This document shows positions 17,646 through 26,300 of a stretch of 40,374 nt of DNA, in pieces. The notes beneath the pieces were generated by a model. It ran no database searches. It had not been told where the DNA came from and saw only the letters and a list, made by a program, of their open reading frames with translations. Origin of the DNA: an uncultured Eubacteriales bacterium (lineage in GTDB: Bacteria; Bacillota; Clostridia; Christensenellales; Borkfalkiaceae); contig CAJMCT010000001.1 in assembly GCA_905211955.1 (NCBI GenBank), positions 1 to 40,374 of the forward strand. Reading direction: 5' to 3'. The position numbers were made by a program, and so were the translations under genes. Positions within the stretch are counted from its first letter, which is position 1. Every line of letters begins with the position of its first letter.

Positions 17646-18190
17646 CAGATTTTATCTCCATTGAATACAATTCTATTAGACAAATTCACTTCCACGGATT
17701 TACCGTTTTTATCTATATCAAACCAAGAAATATCATTTTTATATCTGTCCGTCAAGCATAAAATGCGTTGATTTTCAGAGCCGAGTAACCTGCGTTTTGT
17801 TTCTTTTTCTTCCAAAACGTATTCGCCATCAAGCACAAGGTCTACGCCGGCAAGAAAGTCTGAAACTTCTTCGTATTTTCTGCCCGTAAACGATATAATG
17901 CCAAGCCCGAGTTTTTTTATTTCGTTGGTTAAAAACGGAAGATTATGTTGACAAGTAGGTTCTCCGCCGGAATACGTTACCCCTTCAATTCCAAATTCGT
18001 CAATCGACTTTTTTATTACCGAAATAATCTCGTCGATCGACATAATATGGCGCGCAATAAACGGCTGGTAATCAGGATTACAACACTCGTTACAATGAAT
18101 ATCGCAACCCTGAAACCATATACACAATCTTTTGTGCGGACCTTCTGTTTCCGTACAACGGTTTATACTCGCAACGTTAAACTTAATCAT
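17645..18190 (-). CDS. Small radical-SAM protein of the NrdG/glycyl-radical-activase-like type; operon gene 6
   Basis: FQGCDIHCNECCNPD contains CxxxCxxC (18083-18106). GGEP motif (YSGGEPT). ~181 aa from ATG 18190, which overlaps the upstream gene by 8 nt. The ORF-track start at 18208 is a TTG. Confidence 0.65.
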   Translation of the reverse strand: MIKFNVASINRCTETEGPHKRLCIWFQGCDIHCNECCNPDYQPFIARHIMSIDEIISVIKKSIDEFGIEGVTYSGGEPTCQHNLPFLTNEIKKLGLGIISFTGRKYEEVSDFLAGVDLVLDGEYVLEEKETKRRLLGSENQRILCLTDRYKNDISWFDIDKNGKSVEVNLSNRIVFNGDKI

Positions 18191-20021
18191 TGTCAAAATC
18201 AAATTCAAGCCCGTTTTTCGTCGTTTTTACTACGATTTTCGAGCCTTTCATCGACGGCAATTCTTCTTTGTTTTCAAACATAAACATAGCAAGTTCGTCA
18301 AGCAATTTATCATTGATGGCGTTAAGAATATCACGACCGCCTTTACTGCTGTCCGCTCCGCCGAGAACGTAATCTATAAATTTAAGTTCGTCTTCAAATT
18401 CAAGGTCGATACGATATTTTTCCGATATTGCTTTCTGGACCGGACGAAGTTTCGATTTTGCAATTTTTACGCTAAACTCTCTGTCTTTGATGAAGTTGAA
18501 CGGAATGATATTGCTGTAACCGATACGACCGAGAATTTCGGGACGTTTGATTTCGTTATCGAAATAGTTTTTAACGATTTTTATAAACTCATCCGCCACT
18601 TCTTCGTTTGAACCGTTCGAAGACACTTCGGACGCTCCGAGATTTGACGTGAATATAATTACGCTTTCGCTGAAATAAACCGTTTCGCCTTTGCTGTCGG
18701 TAAGTCTGCCGTCTTCGAGAATTTGCAGAAAAATATCCAGAATTCTCGGATTCGGTTTTGCTGCTTTTTCGATTTCGTCGAATAGAATTATGCTGAACGG
18801 TTTTTCTTTCACGGCGTTAGTAAGTTGCCCGCCTTCTTCATAACCGACGTATCCCGGAGGCGCGCCGATAAGTTTCTGATCACTGTTTTCCTGCGCATAT
18901 TCCGACATATCGAAGCGAATACAAGCCTGTTCGTCGCCGAAAAGGAATTTTGCAAGCGCCTTTGAAAGTTCGGTTTTACCTACGCCGGTAGGTCCGACGA
19001 AAAACAGCACGCCTTTCGGTGCAGAACGAGAAGACGATTTATGTATTCCCGTAAGTCCCATATAAGCCTTAACAACGACTTTTTCAATCTTTTCGATAGC
19101 TTCTTCCTGACCGACTACACGTTCGCTTAAAATCTTTTTGATGTTTTTAACCGACTTATAGTCGAGTTTTTCCCAAGGATTATCTTTTTCGCCGTACTTA
19201 AACAGCAAGTACAACTGCTCGAACGGCATTTTGCCTTCTTTTCTCGAAAGGCGCGCCATCTGAACGATTTCACGGTTTGTAAAATCGTCGAGCATATCGA
19301 CGTATTCGTTAAATTTGTCCGAAGTCAGGAGCGTTTCTCCGGGTTTGAGTTTTACGTCGAATCCGCTCTCGATTTTTTCCATCATTTTAGCGCGTTCTTC
19401 TCTGTCGGGTTTTGAAAGAGTAAGACAAGCGACTTCGGGGTTGCCCTGATAGAAAGAAATCGGGAACATTGCCAGTTTGCTCGTAATGAGAATAACCGTG
19501 CTTTCGTTTACTTCGGCAGACAAATACTCCGTTTTTTTATCTTTTATCGCTTTCCCGAGCATTGTGATAAGTTCTCTCTCGTCGGGCGGTAATTGTCCGC
19601 CGCTTGAAAAGAGATAATCCGCCCAATTCAGCACGAAAGCAGTTTTTCTATTCGGCTTCTTCAAGTTTTTGAATACGATATTGAAAATCTCGGCAGGCTC
19701 TTTGAACTGACCGCTTCCCGTTTTTTCTTCCGCTTGCGGTTGATTATCTTCGTCATCGTCAAAGGAATAAGCGTCTCCTTCAACTTCGACTTCATCGATA
19801 ACGGAAAGCCTTGAAACGTCTCCGTCTATGCCGTCGATACGATCCCAATACAAAACGTCGTCGTATTCCATTCCTTTGAGCATGTCCGTAAGGTATTGTT
19901 TCAGATCGACGATTTGCTTTTTGTCGTTAAGATACACGTCACCGACGTTGCCGTCGAGTATTACGCATCTTTTGATACCGACTTCGCGTTTTAACCTGTT
20001 AAACGTTGTTTGTAATGCCAT
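18183..20021 (-). CDS. AAA+ ATPase with a ClpA/ClpB D2-type module and a degenerate N-terminal half; operon gene 5
   Basis: VVGQEEAI...FFVGPTGVGKTELSKALA (Walker A at 18972-18995), LIGAPPGYVGYEEGGQLT and IILFDEIEKA (Walker B) are classic Clp D2. The first ~330 aa have no Walker A. The start is ATG 20021, preceded by GAGGTG at 6 nt. Confidence 0.75.
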   Translation of the reverse strand: MALQTTFNRLKREVGIKRCVILDGNVGDVYLNDKKQIVDLKQYLTDMLKGMEYDDVLYWDRIDGIDGDVSRLSVIDEVEVEGDAYSFDDDEDNQPQAEEKTGSGQFKEPAEIFNIVFKNLKKPNRKTAFVLNWADYLFSSGGQLPPDERELITMLGKAIKDKKTEYLSAEVNESTVILITSKLAMFPISFYQGNPEVACLTLSKPDREERAKMMEKIESGFDVKLKPGETLLTSDKFNEYVDMLDDFTNREIVQMARLSRKEGKMPFEQLYLLFKYGEKDNPWEKLDYKSVKNIKKILSERVVGQEEAIEKIEKVVVKAYMGLTGIHKSSSRSAPKGVLFFVGPTGVGKTELSKALAKFLFGDEQACIRFDMSEYAQENSDQKLIGAPPGYVGYEEGGQLTNAVKEKPFSIILFDEIEKAAKPNPRILDIFLQILEDGRLTDSKGETVYFSESVIIFTSNLGASEVSSNGSNEEVADEFIKIVKNYFDNEIKRPEILGRIGYSNIIPFNFIKDREFSVKIAKSKLRPVQKAISEKYRIDLEFEDELKFIDYVLGGADSSKGGRDILNAINDKLLDELAMFMFENKEELPSMKGSKIVVKTTKNGLEFDFDND

Positions 20022-20026
20022 TATTT

Positions 20027-21112
20027 TCACCTCTTATTTGTGTTTGTTTTTACCGTTTGGTACTTCATAGACAATATTTTATCGGGATTGCTCCAAATTT
20101 CCTGCGTTTTGGTAACATGTAAACCGTAAACTTCTTCCAAATCGTTCAGAAAAGGCTGTATATCCTTTTGGCACGCCTGTCCTTCGTAACCTCGGAAGTC
20201 GTAAATAAATTTACCGTCCAGAAACACGCGGAATTCCGCTTTTTCGCCGCTTGCTTTCAGTCCGACCAAAATCACTTCGTTTGTATCGCGTTTGATTTTT
20301 ATATTCTTTTTATCCACGATAAATCCGCGGGCGGTTATCGCCGACATTATGATTTTCAGCGACTTCTGACGGATTTTTTCGCCTACGATTTCTTCCGTCG
20401 CCGCCGATCTTATTTCGGAAAGCGGTTTATTCTCTGTTATGACTTTATCGATGATAGTCTTTTCAACTCTTGCGGCTTCGAGTTCGCGGCGAATCTTTTC
20501 ACGCTCTTTTTCGATACGCGATTCATAAGTTTCGTTTTTGAGTTCTCTGCCCGCTCTGATTAGATCATCGCCCGAAAGCGTATCGTTTTTCAGATATGCA
20601 AGGTAAGCAAACTGCCTTTCCGTTTCGTCCTGAATGGAATCGAGAAGTTTTTGAATCTCGGCGGGGATTGTAACGACTCCGTTTGCTTTATCTCTCAATC
20701 TTTTTTGATTTTCTTCGATACTGTTTTCAAGTAAACTTTGATAAAGCGCGCGCATTTCGACTAATCGTTTAGCCGCCAACTCGTTTACTTGATTTTGTAA
20801 TTCTTGCGCCGCTTTATCCACGTTATCGGCAGAATTCAGTCTTAATCTGTCGCTATCACCGCTTACAACGCCTTTTTTCGCTACTTCTTTTGCCTGCGCT
20901 TTTAAGTTTTCGATTTTTCTAACGAATGAATCTCGTTTTTCTACAATCAATTGTTGTAATGCCGCCGTCTGACTATTCTGTAAGCTTTGCGAGCCGTTTT
21001 CTATATCCGAAAGTATCTGGTCGAGTTCGGCGATCTGCCTTTCGGCAACTTCGCAAATGCTTTCGCATCTTATCGCTATCGCCTCGTAGTCTATTTGTAC
21101 CTGATGGCTCAT
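20027..21112 (-). CDS. Coiled-coil protein with a ~100-aa C-terminal globular domain, unknown function; operon gene 4
   Basis: The first ~260 aa have heptad-rich, low-complexity Q/E/K/L/A composition. The start ATG 21112 forms an ATGA overlap with the stop of gene 3. No recognisable catalytic motif. Confidence 0.6.
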   Translation of the reverse strand: MSHQVQIDYEAIAIRCESICEVAERQIAELDQILSDIENGSQSLQNSQTAALQQLIVEKRDSFVRKIENLKAQAKEVAKKGVVSGDSDRLRLNSADNVDKAAQELQNQVNELAAKRLVEMRALYQSLLENSIEENQKRLRDKANGVVTIPAEIQKLLDSIQDETERQFAYLAYLKNDTLSGDDLIRAGRELKNETYESRIEKEREKIRRELEAARVEKTIIDKVITENKPLSEIRSAATEEIVGEKIRQKSLKIIMSAITARGFIVDKKNIKIKRDTNEVILVGLKASGEKAEFRVFLDGKFIYDFRGYEGQACQKDIQPFLNDLEEVYGLHVTKTQEIWSNPDKILSMKYQTVKTNTNKR

Positions 21113-23337
21113 TTTCGTTCCCCCTTTATGGCAAATACTATATCGCGCCAATTTTCAATCGTTTCTTTATCGAAACGTGTTTGCGACTTTTCCGGATGTT
21201 GCAATCCGTTTCTGCACATACGAAGTTTATGTAATGCGGATTCTTGCTTGCCGTCGAGAATGCCTTTATCTTTTGCCATAACGAGTAAATCGTGTGCAGA
21301 CGTCATAGGCTCGGCGTTAAGCATATCTCTTAAATCGTATTGCAGTTTTACGAATAAATCGCAAATTACGTCTTTATATTTTCCGCGTGCAATCTGCTCG
21401 TCAACGTATTTTTTCGTAATTTTTTCGGGATGAGAAGACGCGCTGCGCTCAATAGACAACAAATCGTGAATCGGTTCGTAAATCTCTATAAACTTTCTGA
21501 TTGCAGCATAGGATTTAGGCGCATATTTCTCGTATTTTGCCACCGATTTCAACTTCGAATTAAGCGTAGCGTAAGCATCGAAAAATTCGTCTTCGTTATA
21601 ATCGTCTTTAAGCGTATATTCCGAAAGGCTCTCTATCCCGAGCATATCGTTCAGTTTCCACAAATTCCGTTTAATATTACAAAAAGTGTTACCGAGATCG
21701 GAATCCGAGTAAATTTCTTCGTTATTTACAACTTTCTCGGCAAAGTCCGCCACCACATTCACAACACTTAAAACGGCGTCAACGGTAAAACCTGCGCTTA
21801 AAAGTGCCTCGTAAACAATATCGTCGTCTTCCGTTTTTTTCATTTCTTTCGCAAAGGCGGAAACGTAGTCGAAATCGTTCATCCCGAGTGCTTTTCTGAG
21901 CGGATTCAACACCGACGATTTATAAATCGCATTATCGATTTTTATCTCGCTTGCGCTTTCTTCAAACAATTCTTTTGCCGTCGATACAAAATAGTTTTGC
22001 CACTCGGCATTCTTGATAAAAGCGTTATTCAGTTTTAACACAACTTCTATCTTTTCATCAACAGTTTTTGTGTTTTCAAACAGCGCCCTAATAGTTCTAC
22101 CAAAATACGAAGAATCTTTCAACGCGGCAACCGTAAACAAAACCACTTTTGCAACATCGTCGGCAAAATCTTTTTGTACGTAATACTCAAAAATTTCTTC
22201 TACCGTTTCTTTATGGCGCATTTCGTCTAAAACACTTTCGGTAAGCAACTGCATTTCAAACGTATCGCCAAGCTGGTTGCAAGCCATTTTTACGTTTACG
22301 GCGGAATAGTAGTGAAGCGCGGAAGTATCGAGCAAAGCAAACTCGGCATTCCCGCCTATTTCGCCAAGTATCTTTATCGAAAAATCTTTATCCGTTCTTA
22401 AAACGTTATCCGTTCTGTCGGTTGCAAGTCTGCCGCCGTCGATAAAAATTTTACAAGGTCGTTTCGCCTGCTTGGATACGTCGTTCGGGATATATGCGCC
22501 CACGATATCGGTAAGCTCGGAAAGTAACACCGTCGGCACGTCTACCGCATTTTTAAGAGCGTCCACAAACTTATACTTTTCTTTGGCAAGCAAGCATTTT
22601 GTCATAAATGCGGATGAATACCACTTGTCAAAATATGCGGTTTCGTCCGACGTTTCAAACGAAAATACAGCGCCGCTTTTGTTTATTACAACTTGCGTTC
22701 CGTCCTCTTTTCTGACTTGTTTTTCTTCTCCGACCTTGGGTATTTCGACTTCGACAACGCGTTCTTCGGCTTTTAGCCCTACTTTTGTCGGATTCGCTTC
22801 TATATAATCTTTAAGTCCGCTTATGTCTATCGTTTTTCCTAAAAACCTTTCGATATCTTCGTAAAGAACGGACGAATCGAGAGAGGTATACGGAAGCGAA
22901 TAACTCACGTCGAATTTCCGCGTTACGGGGCTATAAAAAATATCTTTCGTCTTTACTTTTTCTTCGCCTGTGGGAATCGCGCCTTCACGGAACATTTTTC
23001 TGCCTTTCGCAGTAAGCGAAACGTCTTTTACTCTGATTTCCGAAAAGTATTTCGGATTCATAAAATGCGACGGATCGTAGTCATAAGACAGTATTTCGGT
23101 ACCGATAAGATTTGAAATTTCTTTCCCGAAAATATAGTGCAAATCATTCGGAATCCCGAATTTAAGCAGCACGTCGCATATTTTGTCTTCCGAACCCGCA
23201 GTTTTTTCGATTACGTCGAGTAGAATATATGCAACGCCCGACGCCTTCCTTACCTCGTTATATCGCACGTTTACTTTATAGACAAGTAGCGGAAACGGAA
23301 TAGCCGTAGTGAATTTTAACAAACTTTTCTCTTCCAT
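21109..23337 (-). CDS. 742-aa protein of unknown function with a C-terminal HEPN-like Rx4H motif; operon gene 3
   Basis: No recognisable N-terminal domains. The C-terminal helical region contains LHKLRMCRNGLQH, with R-N-G-L-Q-H at 21196-21213. The ATG lies 1 nt after the helicase stop. Confidence 0.6.
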   Translation of the reverse strand: MEEKSLLKFTTAIPFPLLVYKVNVRYNEVRKASGVAYILLDVIEKTAGSEDKICDVLLKFGIPNDLHYIFGKEISNLIGTEILSYDYDPSHFMNPKYFSEIRVKDVSLTAKGRKMFREGAIPTGEEKVKTKDIFYSPVTRKFDVSYSLPYTSLDSSVLYEDIERFLGKTIDISGLKDYIEANPTKVGLKAEERVVEVEIPKVGEEKQVRKEDGTQVVINKSGAVFSFETSDETAYFDKWYSSAFMTKCLLAKEKYKFVDALKNAVDVPTVLLSELTDIVGAYIPNDVSKQAKRPCKIFIDGGRLATDRTDNVLRTDKDFSIKILGEIGGNAEFALLDTSALHYYSAVNVKMACNQLGDTFEMQLLTESVLDEMRHKETVEEIFEYYVQKDFADDVAKVVLFTVAALKDSSYFGRTIRALFENTKTVDEKIEVVLKLNNAFIKNAEWQNYFVSTAKELFEESASEIKIDNAIYKSSVLNPLRKALGMNDFDYVSAFAKEMKKTEDDDIVYEALLSAGFTVDAVLSVVNVVADFAEKVVNNEEIYSDSDLGNTFCNIKRNLWKLNDMLGIESLSEYTLKDDYNEDEFFDAYATLNSKLKSVAKYEKYAPKSYAAIRKFIEIYEPIHDLLSIERSASSHPEKITKKYVDEQIARGKYKDVICDLFVKLQYDLRDMLNAEPMTSAHDLLVMAKDKGILDGKQESALHKLRMCRNGLQHPEKSQTRFDKETIENWRDIVFAIKGERK

Positions 23338-23338
23338 T

Positions 23339-26300
23339 TTACTCTCCTAAAATATCTTTCGCCGTAAGTATTCTTCCGCGGAAGTTTATCGTGTCGATAA
23401 TTTCTCTGTATACGGGGAAGTTGATTTTATCGCGACTGTGATCGCCTTCGAGATCGGGAAGGTCGATTATGCCCGCTTCCGATAAAAACTTTTTCGAGCC
23501 GACAATAATCAAAAGTTTTCTCGCTCTTGACAACGCAACGTTGATACGCTCGAATTTTTTGATAAATTCCGCATCATACCTCGCGCCGCTCGGATTTCTT
23601 ACCATCGAAACGATAATGATATCCCTTTCATCGCCTTGGAAATCGTCAACGGTACTGATAACAAGTTTTTCGTCCGGTTTACCCGAAAAGCCCGTAAATT
23701 GATAGCCTTTACGTTTCTTTTTTATTAGTCCCGCCTGATCGCCATATGTACAAATAATACCCGCGCTCGGTCTTTCGTCGATTTTCCTTGACGGATCAAC
23801 GATAATTTTATGCTCGGAAACAAGCACTTTCGCCGCTTTGTCGAGTTCCTTTAATAGCGTTATCGCAACCTGCGCTTCCTGCTCGTTGATTTTGGACGTA
23901 CTGCCTTCGAATGCGCTCGATTCTTTTTGGTCGCAATCCACAAAATATATGTGCCGTTTGGGATCGATAACGGTATTTCCGTTGATTTTTACGGTAAGAT
24001 TATGCTCTTTTTCGTCGTCTTGTTGTTTTTTTCCTACAACAAGACCTTTACCATTACCGCCATAGAAATGATTGAACACTTCCATAATGTGGCTGTGGCA
24101 ACGGTATTGCTTATTAAGCATTACTCTGAAATCGCTCGGAACTTTCTCATACAGCGTTTTGAAGAAACATTCTTCATATAACTTTGTATATCCGTCGTTG
24201 ATTTCCTTTGTGATTTTTTCTTCGTCGAGTCCGTCGAAATCATCTCCCCGCATATGCCGCAAATCGTACATAGGCGGAAGTTGACGATGGTCGCCGACGA
24301 GAATAACCGTCTTGCCGTATAAAATAGGTATCAGCAAATCGAGAAAAGACGACTTTGACACTTCGTCCACGATTACAACGTCTATGCCTTGCGTTCTGAT
24401 ATCTACCGATTCGATTCCGTATTTACCGAGTTCGGCAAGTTGCGACGGCGTGAATCTGTCGCGGCTTGTGCAGGTAATACCGAAAACGTTTGCCGAATTG
24501 TAAAGTTCTCTCGTATATGCGGCTCTATCTTCCTCTAAGATATCTTCCTGCGACAAGTATTTTACGATATCCTTATACATCGGAATTTTTATTTTGTTTT
24601 CGGAAGACGAAGCATTATACTCGGTTTCGAGTTTATTCCACTCGTCGCTGATAATGTCGAAAGCCGTTTCAAGATTGTCCGAATCGTATTCCCTGACAAT
24701 TCCGAAATCGCGGAAAAATCTCATAATCTTTTGTTTTAGTACGGAATTCAACTCACCGTATTCTTCAATATCGGGATTTTCTCCGAGTTTTTCGTATAAA
24801 CGTTTTTTCTCGCTTATTTGGATTTTTAGTTCGTTTATTTTATCGGATATAGCGTTTTCGTTGTCTATATCGCCATTGATTTTGAATTCGATTATATTTC
24901 TCTGTGTGTTTACAATATCGGCAAGTTTTGCCTTGAATTGCGCAAGTTCGGAAGGCAATTGCTTCAATATTTCTTTTGCACCCGTAATACCGGGGACGAG
25001 AGAGTAAATCACGCTTCCGGCAATATCGAACTCCGAATTATTTTCGTATTCTTTAATCTTTTTGCCTACGGCAATCAACTCGCTTTGATTCTTTTTATAC
25101 TCTTCGTAATTAAAATCTCCTTCATTCGGTGCTTCGTCCGTATCGGGATCTCGCAAACCGCTCAAAACGTTTCGCAAAGCACGCTGGCGATTTTTTAACT
25201 CCACAATCGCGTCTTCGCTCAAAAAACGCTCTAATTCTTTGTTTATTGCCTGAATATCGGCATTAACAAGCTCGGCAACCTTATCGAGCGTTACCTCTTC
25301 AAAACAAGCAAAGCACTTTAACAGGCGTTCTACTTGTTCGGCGTATTTATCCAATACGTTGCTATCTGCGCCTTCGCCCGAAAAACGATACGATTCGACG
25401 TATTTAAGCGTTCTCGTATACTTTTCGGTATCTTCTTTTGCGGCAAGAAGTTTTTCTCTTAAAACTTCGTTTTCTCCGGTTAAACGGTTTATTTCTGAAA
25501 GCAAATTGTTCCGCTTTCTTTCCGTATCTGCATTCTCCCGTTGCAATTTCAAAAGGCGATCGTAATCGAGGCGAAGAGATTTCATCGTCGAATCGAATTC
25601 TTCTCTCGTCTCTTTGTAATTGTCGTATCTTGCTACTTGCTTTTCAAGGTTTCCGCAAATATTGAGATAGAAATTGTCTACAAGCCTTTCGGGACTGTAA
25701 TTCGTTTCTTTACCGTTTTGCGACGGAATAAGACGAAGCGGACGTATTTCGGGGATTTTAGGCAATCTGTCAAATACGTTATCGATTGCCTTATGTGTTT
25801 CGGAAGATATTAAAACTTTCTTACCGCGTTTCGTCAGTTGCGCCGTAATCTCGGCTATAACCTGTGTTTTTCCCGTTCCCGGAGGACCTTGCAACAAAAA
25901 TATACTTTCGCTTTGAAGCGCGCGTTTTACGGCAAGTTTTTGTCTGTCGTTCAAACTTTCAAGACACCACTCGGGATCTTTGATCTCTTCTACGGAAGAC
26001 TGCGCAAGCGTTTCGGGCGAAAAAAGATACGTCGGTAAGAACGGATTCTTAACGTACCCGCCCAAAATAGAAGTCAACGCCTTTTCTTGTCTGTCTATTT
26101 TTGCTTTTTCCGCACGATTATCATAAGTAAGATACCTCGGCGCAATTTCCTCGATTTGCTTTTCGATTTCTTTTACTTTGTCTGTGATATCTTGCGGACG
26201 GAAATAAATCTGATATCGGCGTATCGTTTCGTTCTCGATTTTATCAGCCTTATCTTCGTTTAATTTTTGAAGTAAAACGTTTTTTATTTCGGTTTTCTCG

